This document shows, in pieces, positions 18,187 to 26,795 of a DNA stretch of 64,000 bases. How positions within the stretch are numbered: position 1 is the first letter of the stretch; each line of letters begins with the position of its first letter. Source of the DNA: an uncultured bacterium (GTDB lineage: Bacteria; Electryoneota; AABM5-125-24; Hatepunaeales; Hatepunaeaceae); the NCBI GenBank assembly GCA_964387885.1, contig CAYLYZ010000016.1, positions 3,352 to 67,351 of the forward strand, in the 5' to 3' direction. The notes beneath the pieces are model-generated. The model saw only the letters and a list, made by a program, of their open reading frames with translations, searched no databases and was not told the DNA's origin. Both the position numbers and the translations under genes were made by a program.

Positions 18187-21100
18187 TTAATCAATTTTCC
18201 GATCAACTCGAACATGAATGTCAGAGTTCTCCAGATTATACTCTACAGGATACTCTGCAATCGGATCTTTCGGCGGAGTTCCCTGGTCATATTTCCTGAA
18301 GCTAAACCTTTTTACTATGGGGATCCATTTATGGAGGGTTTTTATTTTGAGGTAACAGCCAGGAAGTCTGTAATCACCTTCTTTTTCAGGTATTTCAGGA
18401 TTACTAAATATTTTCCTAATTGCAATCATTAAGTCGCTCGGATCTGGACATTTGGTTGATTGAGGTGCATACCACGAGCCTGTGAAATTCTTCTCTCCAC
18501 GTTTAAACATCCCATCAACCTCATTAAAGAAATCTCCTGCATCATCGGGAAATCCACTTACAACAGCCAAAAGGAGAAGAATAGCCTCAAAATCACCTTC
18601 ACCATTTTCATGAACGCCCTCATCGAAACTATTCTTCTGAGTCTCAGGATCACTCGTCTTGATTATTCTATAAACATTAACGAAACGTTTAACCTGACGA
18701 GGAGAATGCCCGATTATCCCCGTCAGGGATTTCATCATTTTTCTTTCTTTGTCTGAGAGTTCAAGGGTTTTGGGATTTAAGTCAACCACAGGATCATGTT
18801 CGAGCTTCTCATCATTACTCCCGCTTAGAACAGTCACACCAGATCGCAATTCTGATACAGCTTGCCGGAAGCCGTTTATTACTTTTTTTGTGATTTTCTC
18901 TGGCTCTTCTTTAGGTTCATCAGCCTCAGTGGGTAGGGGTTCTTCTTTAGGTTCAGGAATAGCAGGTTCAGGTTTGGATTGTTGTGTTTTTTCTTTCCCA
19001 ATTAGATCATCTATTAAGTTCCTTGCCCCTTTTGAATCCATCGGTCTTAATCGAAATGGGATCTGAAAAATCTTTTCAAGATAGTTCTGTACACTTGCTC
19101 CGATTTCTTTTTTACCTTTTATAGTTCTGTTTTGCCCTGGTTCAACGAGTAAGTTTCTATATTGAGTTACCAGTGATTTTGTAACCCACCGGGTATCAAC
19201 TCCAACAACCACCGCAAACAGAGGTAATGCGAGCAAAAGGTGTATAGCCTGTAGTACTGCTACAACTCTTTTTGGTGGACACCGATCAAGATCGTCTATA
19301 TAGAGAATAATTCTATCTATTGAAGGAAGGTTCGGATCGTAACTTTTCTCGCTTTTTTGCTCTTTCATCAGGTCATCAACACGCTTGAAATCCTCTCTTA
19401 TTTGACTCAGAATACCTAAGTTCTTCCTGTAATCGTCAGTGGAAATTCGTTCTTTAATAAATTCTTTTAACAGGCTTTGAGGTTCTAAATCCTTTAATTC
19501 TTTTTCGATACATCTTATTTGTTCATCTATTTCAGTCAAATCTTTGTGAACATCCTCTATGCTGCTATACTGAGGATCTTCCAAATTTACCATCTTTTCA
19601 GTTGTTATTCTATAAGCGTTCTCCAATAAGGGGACCGCCTTAAGAACTTTTTTGAAGTTCTTTATTACCCAGGCAAGTATTGGACTATTTAGTACTAATA
19701 GGGGAACTGAACGAATGAACACACCGATATCTAAGTAATTCCAGACCATTACAGAAAGAATAGTGAGAACAATACCAATTGCATAGAGGAGTTTGTTCTC
19801 CTGGAGGGACTTCAATAAAACTCTTAATATCCCAACAACTCTTCCGGAATTTTTGACTAAATCATCTAATACGGGAATAATATCTTCTGAAATATTTATT
19901 AATCTGTCGTTTCCAAGTACTTTTCCAGCTGCTCTTAACAAAGGTCCGACTTCATCATCAATTAATATGTTCTTTAATTTTTCTGATTTCCTTTTTGACG
20001 ATTGATTTAAGTTATCTACTTCATTCTGTTTCTCTTCAATTTCTCTCTGTGTTTCCTTCTGCTTCCTGAGCTTACCATCAAGTCTGATCAATAATTTATC
20101 CCTGAGTTGCTGATCTTTGCTCTTATCATCGGAAGTTGCAATATAAAGATTCTCGAAAATGTGGTTAACCAGACTCGCCCAGAGGTCAGCTTCCATATAA
20201 TGCCATGCATTGAATTCTATTTGAACAATATTCTCGTAATATGCAATCTCATTTTTTTTTGATTTCTTAACCTCACCTGCAATTTTAGTGATTCTTTGGA
20301 TGAGTTTTTCCATAAAAAATGATTTTCCCATACCCCAATCACCAAATAGTCCTATTGCAAGCGGTAGTTTGGTATCTTTTGCAGCAAGAATTGATGCAAA
20401 AGCATTTATTTCATTATCAAGCTCTAACTGATCCTCCCCTTTAATATCGTCTGCCTCAATGTGGGTTAGTGATGAAGGTTCAGGAGTGATCCTTATTTGT
20501 TCAGGTTTTTTTGAATTTGCTTTTAGCTCTATTTCAAATGGATTAGCTGGGAAAAATCCCTCTGTGTTCATTTCTCCACACAAGAAAGGTCTGACTTCTC
20601 CCAACCGTGAAGTTGTGTTAATTTCTACAATGCTGAAATTATAATGCTTGCCATCGGAAGCTTCTAACAACCCGGATTTAACTACCGGGATACTAGGTAT
20701 AACGAAATCGAGAAATGCACTATCACTAATCCCATAAATGTCATTGTTAAATGATGAGTGAATAATACATGCATTATTAATAATATAACTTAAACTCTCT
20801 CGATCAGCATGATGTAGAGAATTATAATCATGATGAAATAAGGCAATTGTAAGATCTGCATCTTTATTCATTTTCTCAAAGGACTCTTTAACTAACTCAG
20901 GACCTAATGCAAGTCTTTGCTGTTTATCTTTCCCATAGCTATTTCCATGGAAAAGAGATGAATTCAATCCTATGATATTTATAAAGATATCTTTGTCGGC
21001 CTTATTGAGTTTAATATTTTCTGTGAAATTAAGTAAATACGGATCTGAATTGGTGTATTTAAAGTTATCTGTGAATTTATAGAAATGGCTGAATTCATTT

Positions 21101-21540
21101 CTTTTTTCCAACATTAATTCGGGGTTATTGATTATCCTGTTTAATGTAATATCATCATCAAAATCATACCTGTTCTCATTCGAGTCTTCATTTTGAACTT
21201 GAACCATATCACGGGGACCAGGAACTATGTAGGTGGGAATGAATTTATTATCTGTACTTAGATTTTGAGCGAGAAACTCCAAAGCTTGGGAATATTCAGA
21301 GCCCGTTCCACTTCTCGCAATATCACCGGTAATCAACACAAAATCTAATGCATTCTCCGCTGTAATTTCAGCGAGGATTTTTTTCAGACTGATCCTGCTA
21401 TTATCCTGTGATTCAAGTTTCATTTTCCTATGATTATCGTGTGGCCAGAACAATCCATCCTGTTCCGTACTTCCTTTAAATCTCAGATCTGATAAATGAA
21501 GATAGCGAATTTTGCTGTTGTCTAAATTTTGATTTTCCAT
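18187..21540 (-). CDS. fusion protein: N-terminal calcineurin-like metallophosphoesterase-like domain + KAP-family P-loop NTPase with inserted TM hairpin and coiled coils
   Basis: MPE-like motifs: YLHLSDLRF, VLITGDIARSG, YIVPGPRDM, IALFHHD. KAP Walker A is GLFGDWGMGKSF (about 20323-20346). TM pair is LLYAIGIVLTILSVMVW / VPLLVLNSPILAWVI (about 19660-19791). Walker B is ILYIDDLDRC (about 19282-19305). C-terminal KAP motif SPRQVKRFVNVY. Confidence 0.85.
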   Translation of the reverse strand: MENQNLDNSKIRYLHLSDLRFKGSTEQDGLFWPHDNHRKMKLESQDNSRISLKKILAEITAENALDFVLITGDIARSGTGSEYSQALEFLAQNLSTDNKFIPTYIVPGPRDMVQVQNEDSNENRYDFDDDITLNRIINNPELMLEKRNEFSHFYKFTDNFKYTNSDPYLLNFTENIKLNKADKDIFINIIGLNSSLFHGNSYGKDKQQRLALGPELVKESFEKMNKDADLTIALFHHDYNSLHHADRESLSYIINNACIIHSSFNNDIYGISDSAFLDFVIPSIPVVKSGLLEASDGKHYNFSIVEINTTSRLGEVRPFLCGEMNTEGFFPANPFEIELKANSKKPEQIRITPEPSSLTHIEADDIKGEDQLELDNEINAFASILAAKDTKLPLAIGLFGDWGMGKSFFMEKLIQRITKIAGEVKKSKKNEIAYYENIVQIEFNAWHYMEADLWASLVNHIFENLYIATSDDKSKDQQLRDKLLIRLDGKLRKQKETQREIEEKQNEVDNLNQSSKRKSEKLKNILIDDEVGPLLRAAGKVLGNDRLINISEDIIPVLDDLVKNSGRVVGILRVLLKSLQENKLLYAIGIVLTILSVMVWNYLDIGVFIRSVPLLVLNSPILAWVIKNFKKVLKAVPLLENAYRITTEKMVNLEDPQYSSIEDVHKDLTEIDEQIRCIEKELKDLEPQSLLKEFIKERISTDDYRKNLGILSQIREDFKRVDDLMKEQKSEKSYDPNLPSIDRIILYIDDLDRCPPKRVVAVLQAIHLLLALPLFAVVVGVDTRWVTKSLVTQYRNLLVEPGQNRTIKGKKEIGASVQNYLEKIFQIPFRLRPMDSKGARNLIDDLIGKEKTQQSKPEPAIPEPKEEPLPTEADEPKEEPEKITKKVINGFRQAVSELRSGVTVLSGSNDEKLEHDPVVDLNPKTLELSDKERKMMKSLTGIIGHSPRQVKRFVNVYRIIKTSDPETQKNSFDEGVHENGEGDFEAILLLLAVVSGFPDDAGDFFNEVDGMFKRGEKNFTGSWYAPQSTKCPDPSDLMIAIRKIFSNPEIPEKEGDYRLPGCYLKIKTLHKWIPIVKRFSFRKYDQGTPPKDPIAEYPVEYNLENSDIHVRVDRKID

Positions 21541-21644
21541 TTATTTCTCACATTTCGAACATTAATTGATAACTTTTGAATGTACGATTGTACATCCTGA
21601 TTTGTCAAGGTGTTTTGGTAAGTATTATTTCAATCTGGGAACGA

Positions 21645-21667
21645 GGGCACGTGCGACGTGCCCCTAC
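21645..21667 (-). repeat. GTAGGGGC-type REP (ACGT variant), right of the KAP gene
   Basis: Plus strand GGGCACGTGCGACGTGCCCCTAC, inverted relative to 17928. Confidence 0.75.
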
Positions 21668-21677
21668 AATTGGGTGA

Positions 21678-22373
21678 TTAATGCACTTTCTGCCAGCAGC
21701 AATTTTTGAATTTCTTGCCGCAGCCACAAGGGCAGGGCTCGTTTCTATTTAACTTCTTTTGGGGTGTTTTGGATTCCTTTGCTTTACGTATAATCTCTCG
21801 GTAGGGCAGCCAGAATCTGTAGATTTCCGGAACTGAAGCTCGGATCTCTGCGACCCACCGGTCATGCGGGATCTTCTTTAGCTCGGGATCATTTTTGAGA
21901 TCCTCCCAACCCTCTTCTGTGCCATATGTTGCTATGGCTGCCAGAAGTGCATAGTGTTTCTCATGCTTAATAAGCGGTTCCCAGGAGTCGCCTGAAATTA
22001 CAGTTCCTGTCATAAATCCCATACACCACTCGTCAACAATTGTATAAGTCTTCCCTTCAACTGTTCTTTCATAGAACATCGGTTTATATGAATCCGGATT
22101 GGTCAAAAATTTTGCAGCTGTTATGTTATAATGAGTCATGATCAATTCGAGGATTCTCTGCATTTTTTCGGTAGATACCATCTTCGACTCCCGCTCAGAT
22201 TTGGGGCGGAAAACATAATTTAACCAATCATATGGCTGAGTCGTTTCGGGACCAATCAGAATTGCTGCCAGGAACCCATCCAGCATCGAGATATCCATGC
22301 AATCCTCGGGTGATTCCTCGGAGATCAGGAAATCTTCCAGTTCTTTGTAATCTGCTTCAGATAATTCAAACAT
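21678..22373 (-). CDS. YecA/UPF0149-family protein with C-terminal SEC-C zinc motif
   Basis: N-terminal DISMLDGFLAAILIGPE (UPF0149) and C-terminal NEPCPCGCGKKFKNCC (SEC-C). Confidence 0.8.
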   Translation of the reverse strand: MFELSEADYKELEDFLISEESPEDCMDISMLDGFLAAILIGPETTQPYDWLNYVFRPKSERESKMVSTEKMQRILELIMTHYNITAAKFLTNPDSYKPMFYERTVEGKTYTIVDEWCMGFMTGTVISGDSWEPLIKHEKHYALLAAIATYGTEEGWEDLKNDPELKKIPHDRWVAEIRASVPEIYRFWLPYREIIRKAKESKTPQKKLNRNEPCPCGCGKKFKNCCWQKVH

Positions 22374-22414
22374 AGGGTATCATAGCCTTTTCTTGCTATT
22401 GGTTTCCCGGGATG

Positions 22415-22468
22415 CCTGCTACGCACCGCCACGCAATGCTGGAGTAGCGGGAGCGATACATGGCAAGC
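22415..22468 (+). repeat. ~55-nt CCTGCTACGC element, right copy (inverted relative to 18078)
   Basis: CCTGCTACGCACCGCCACGCAATGCTGGAGTAGCGGGAGCGATACATGGCAAGC. Confidence 0.7.
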
Positions 22469-22526
22469 GGAGGGATCCGGGCTACTTACTGATTTTCCGG
22501 GATGCGTCGCTTCCAGGTTACATACT

Positions 22527-22556
22527 GGCAGACGAAGGCGTCTGCCAGCGCGAATT
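22527..22556. repeat. GGCAGACG hairpin family
   Basis: GGCAGACGAAGGCGTCTGCCAGCGCGAATT. Confidence 0.7.
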
Positions 22557-22589
22557 TAGACACTTCTCCCCGGGTTCGAGGAACTCGGG

Positions 22590-23813
22590 CTACTTTAAGA
22601 GTGTTATGCTCTTCCCTGCTGTTTTCCGGGCACTGTTCAGAGTTACGTAGTAACGTCCGGCGGGAAACTGTGCTAAAACAAGGTTCAGGTTGTGCTGTCC
22701 CGGTGATATTTCCCCCAATGTGCTGGATTGGATTAATTTACCAGCTGTATTAAAAAGCTGCATGTTCAGGTTTTGTGAGCCTGTACACTCGAAACTTAAT
22801 GTTGTGCTGCTGTTAAACGGTTCGGGATAGTTTTCGAGAAAACTGAATGCGACCGGGGTTGGTTTGAAACTGTCGTCTACCGAGTTTACGTCCCGGTTGG
22901 TATATAATCTCACAAATGGATCGCCCATTCCGCATACAATATCGAGGTCGCTGTCTCCATCCCAGTCAACTAATGTCGGACGGGAATATCTCTCAACGTA
23001 GATCATATCATTGACATCCCAGAGCATAACTTCAGCTTCAAACTCAGGGCTGCCCTCTTCACCGATATTGCGATAGTAATGTAATCTCCCCTGCACAGAT
23101 CCGGCTACGAGATCAAATAATCCGTCACCATCCAAGTCACCAGTCGTGCATGTCGTCTCACTTTGAAGTCTAATGGCTTCTCCACCGGCTTCAACATCAC
23201 CTATAACTACAAACTCATGTTCTTCAACTGAACCTTCATTGATAACTAAAGCGATGTTTCCCTCAGCGGTTCCGATCAGCAGATCAAAGTCTCCATCTCC
23301 ATCCCAGTCCATAGCATGCGGTGCCGTCCTGCCTCCGACATCGAGGTCGTGTCCTTCGGTTTGGAGGTCATCCTGTGCTGACAATGTGCCGTCTTCGTTG
23401 CGGAGGTAAAAATCGACATGCCCGAATTCTTCACCCACCAATAAATCCATATCACCATCTGCATCTATATCCACCATCTGTGGATAAGCACCCTGACATC
23501 AACCAAAGTTGGTCGTTATCCTCTCACCATCCGCCGCGAGATTTCCCATATCCTCAAGAACGGGCTCTCCAGCATCAGCATTATTTTGATACAAATAAAC
23601 AGGACCTTCCCAGAAAGTCCCGACCAGCATGTCCAAATCTCCGTCACCGTCCCAGTCTCCGACGTTGGGAACGGTGTACCCGCTCTCATCTTCGGGGATT
23701 GTCTCACCACCAGCCATAAGATTCACAGGGGCATTAAAAATAGGCGGTTCACCGAAACCTGTTGTTGACAAACAGAGTATCAACCCTAAACAAATAATCA
23801 GTTTTAAATTCAT
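22590..23813 (-). pseudogene. FG-GAP/VCBS-repeat secreted protein with T9SS C-terminal domain, interrupted by one in-frame TGA
   Basis: ORFs 23499..23837 (signal peptide, GDWDGDGDLD repeats) and 22590..23477 are in the same frame. They are separated only by a TGA at 23499-23501. The repeat register continues across it (NFG*CQGAYPQMVDIDADGDMD). The C-terminus is YPEPFNSSTTLSF... Confidence 0.6.
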
Positions 23814-24054
23814 ATCCATCCTCTCCTCCTGCTGCAAAATAAATTCACATTACCCTAAGTGTAAGTTATCAAATCAGGCTGAGCATGTCAAGTTTTCGCT
23901 CGTGATATTCGCAGGCATGGACGCCTGCGCTACTTATGTGTGGCCTGGGTTACTCGTTACTCAGGTTTCTTTATTAAGTAAAATATGATCTTTGGTTACT
24001 TCGATTTATTAGGAGACCCGGGCAATGAATAGCCCGGGCCGCACTTCCTCAACT

Positions 24055-24074
24055 GTCAGGTGATGGCACCTGAC
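24055..24074. repeat. GTCAGGTG...CACCTGAC hairpin (single)
   Basis: GTCAGGTGATGGCACCTGAC. Confidence 0.6.
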
Positions 24075-24116
24075 AGCACTTTATTAACACCTGACACCAC
24101 CTTTTTAGATATTAGC

Positions 24117-24183
24117 GAGAAAAGATTCTCTTTTTACTTGACAAAGTAAAATTTTGCCCTTATGTTTAAGAGAAAAGATTCTC
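24117..24183 (+). promoter_or_regulatory. promoter flanked by two identical 14-bp palindromic operators (putative BlaI-family repressor sites)
   Basis: GAGAAAAGATTCTC occurs at 24117-24130 and 24170-24183. TTGACA lies at 24138-24143, followed by a 17-nt spacer and TATGTT at 24161-24166. Confidence 0.5.
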
Positions 24184-24205
24184 GCATAAGAAATCAGGAT
24201 TAAAA

Positions 24206-24601
24206 ATGGCAGGTCGAAAGTCTCCTACATTTACAGAGGTTGAGCTCGAATTCATGCAGATATTCTGGGAGCATGGTGAGATGTCTTCTGAAGATATTCA
24301 GAATATCCTCAGCACCCAGGGTCGTGAATTGACTGACGGAACCGTAAGGAAGGTACTCGGGATTTTGCTTAAGAAGGGATACCTTGAACGCGAACGCCGT
24401 GGGCGGAGTTTCTATTATGTTCCCAGCGTGGTCAAGGAGCAGGCGAATGGTCGGATGATTCAAGATCTGCTCAATCGTGCTTTCTCCGGATCGATACCAA
24501 ACATGGTCGCTACCCTACTCGACAATCGTGATATTAACTCTGATGACATCAAGGCAATTAAGGGTATGATCGACGAGTATGAAAAAGGAGACCAGGAATG
24601 A
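24206..24601 (+). CDS. BlaI/MecI/CopY-family winged-helix transcriptional repressor
   Basis: 131 aa. LTEVELEFMQIFWEHGEMSSEDI...TVRKVLGILLKKGYLERERRGRSFYY is the Penicillinase_R pattern. Confidence 0.85.
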   Translation: MAGRKSPTFTEVELEFMQIFWEHGEMSSEDIQNILSTQGRELTDGTVRKVLGILLKKGYLERERRGRSFYYVPSVVKEQANGRMIQDLLNRAFSGSIPNMVATLLDNRDINSDDIKAIKGMIDEYEKGDQE

Positions 24602-26370
24602 GCGCAATGTACTTCCTCAACCTCGCTGACAACGTTGGATTTGCCCTGATAAGGTTCATCGTTTCACTTTTCTGGCAATCTTCGATTGTATTGCTCGGTG
24701 CATTTGTAATAATGAATGTTCTCCGTAATCACCGAGCAGATGTCAGGCACAGAATACTAACAGCGGTCTTTCTTTCCATACCCTTGATCCCGATATTATC
24801 CTGGTTCGCTGGTTACATAGGTGTACCTCAAGCTTCTTTATTTATACCACCTGAATTTGCTACGATTTCTGCAGAGTCAGCACCCACCGAACCGTTGAAA
24901 AATGAGATCATTCAGACGGTATATACAAGCTCCCAATCTGAAATTATACCGGGATTATTCAATTTTCCGTTCGCATTAACCGCACTTGTCCTGATTTCTG
25001 TCGGAATAGCAATGTTAAGTATTGTGTTTGCCGGTAGAAGACGCATTTCTCTACTTTTGAGGAATGGAGCTGAACTTACCGATAGTAACTTGATATCGAT
25101 TTTCAAACGAGGGGCAAAAAGACTTGATCTACAAAAAGAATTCACTCTGGTCAGTTGTTCGGAAATTGATACTCCTTTCACTTCAGGAACTCGAAAACCA
25201 GTGATATTTTTGCCCACTGAAATTAGAGATAATCTATCCAATAATGAAATTTCGGACATTGCTCTGCATGAACTCGCACACATAAAAAGATATGATTCCC
25301 TCTGGTTGACAATGATATCGGTTTTCAGGGCGTTTATCTTCTTTAATCCTCTGGCATGGTTGGCAGCAGGACAGATATTGAAACTGACCGAAGAAGCTTG
25401 TGATGACATGGTCATACGATCGACAGGGAAACCAGTTGATTATGCGAGAATGCTCACTCGGATCGCAGAGAAGTTATCAAACAGGAGATTAATAATGGAG
25501 CTTTCAGCCGGAATAGTACTTTCACGAAAAGCATTCATAAAGAGAGTCAGGAACATATTGTCAAGTAAGGGAAGAGCTGTTCGGAAGTTTACGATGATTC
25601 AGTGTACAGCCATGATCCTTGACCTAATGCTTGTTTTCGGAATAGCAATTGCCGCTCCACTTAATGATAAGACTGATGTGAAAGTAATGAAGGCGACTGC
25701 AGACAAAGCCGGATTGCAGGAGAAGGGTGAGATACTAAATACCGGTATGGATCTTCAAACTGTGACGAGTATTCTTGGCTTCGAGCCTGAGATCAAAGAT
25801 GTGTATACTCCCACGCGTGACATCTATGTCTGGAAGGAAAAGGGCTTTTTCAGCACAAAGCACACCCTGATTGTTGTCTTTGAAAACGATAAGGCCTGGA
25901 TGATAAGTAGTGTAACCGGTAATGTTAAAGACATAAATAAGCATGTGGCAAATGCTGAAGAATCTTCGCGTCGGGCGAAGAAAGTGGAAGTTGACGGCGA
26001 GCTTATACCCATGCACGAGGCGGATAACATTTGGGTTGATGTTCCTCATGCGATGAAACGATTGATAGAATCAGGTGAAGAGGAATTGGTCCTCGACCAG
26101 AAGACAATACAACTATTCGACAGCATCGAAATGAAGATGCCGTTCGAAAAAGTCGCCCAACTGCTGGGTGAACCGACAAGACGGAAGATAAATAAGAGAA
26201 GTGAATCTTACATCTGGGATTTCGGTGAAATTAAATTCAAAGTCAACTTAAAGAAGGGATTTGTCCTGACAAAGGAATTGAAAGCCCCTCATTTTAACCT
26301 GTTTGTAGAAAAAGAGCATTGGACTGTCCACGGCAGTAAAAACAAAATCACTGTTGAAGTTAGAAATTAG
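24598..26370 (+). CDS. BlaR1/M56-family membrane metalloprotease-type signal transducer
   Basis: 4-nt overlap with the repressor gene. N-terminal TM helices. HEXXH motif ALHELAHIKRYD. Large uncharacterised C-terminal sensor region. Confidence 0.8.
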   Translation: MSAMYFLNLADNVGFALIRFIVSLFWQSSIVLLGAFVIMNVLRNHRADVRHRILTAVFLSIPLIPILSWFAGYIGVPQASLFIPPEFATISAESAPTEPLKNEIIQTVYTSSQSEIIPGLFNFPFALTALVLISVGIAMLSIVFAGRRRISLLLRNGAELTDSNLISIFKRGAKRLDLQKEFTLVSCSEIDTPFTSGTRKPVIFLPTEIRDNLSNNEISDIALHELAHIKRYDSLWLTMISVFRAFIFFNPLAWLAAGQILKLTEEACDDMVIRSTGKPVDYARMLTRIAEKLSNRRLIMELSAGIVLSRKAFIKRVRNILSSKGRAVRKFTMIQCTAMILDLMLVFGIAIAAPLNDKTDVKVMKATADKAGLQEKGEILNTGMDLQTVTSILGFEPEIKDVYTPTRDIYVWKEKGFFSTKHTLIVVFENDKAWMISSVTGNVKDINKHVANAEESSRRAKKVEVDGELIPMHEADNIWVDVPHAMKRLIESGEEELVLDQKTIQLFDSIEMKMPFEKVAQLLGEPTRRKINKRSESYIWDFGEIKFKVNLKKGFVLTKELKAPHFNLFVEKEHWTVHGSKNKITVEVRN

Positions 26371-26795
26371 TAATCAACCGATTTCCCCGGGACTTTGATT
26401 TGACCCACAGGAGTTCCGGGGATTTCCTCCTTGCCATCAATCTACGAAGTATTAGGATTCAAAACGACTCGACGCGGGATGAGATGCTCGATTAGATCAT
26501 AACTACTGGATTACCATCTATCCGGTACATGAGCGAAGCTCAGCGAACTCGGGAGCGACATGAATTTTACTGAACATTAAGGCTACTAAGCAAATTACTT
26601 ATATAATAGAGATTATATATTCTATCAACAGCCTAATACCACAGGGGCTTTCATGCGTAAGTAATTATTATCTAATAAGAAAGTAATATTTTTTGATATT
26701 ACCTATCATTTCTGTCCGAATGCTATTGTAGAAGGAATTATTATTTATTAACTTAAAATATAACAGTTTCAAACCCCTGAGAGGAGGAACCTTCG

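Noticed and set aside
19660-19791. Whether the TM helices mean the 1117-aa protein is a transporter or a chimeric mis-assembly of two genes.
   Set aside because: The TM pair lies between Walker A and Walker B of a single P-loop domain. That is the defining KAP-family arrangement, and the ORF is continuous with uniform AT-rich composition.
23499-23501. TGA as selenocysteine, or genome-wide TGA recoding (code 4/25).
   Set aside because: Several well-supported genes here terminate at TGA (for example 52..603, 593..952 and 38190..39401). Global recoding is therefore unlikely. The downstream hairpin is short and falls in ordinary repeat-coding sequence, and a Sec in a secreted FG-GAP repeat has no precedent I know. 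The site is kept only as a low-interest pseudogene or readthrough note.
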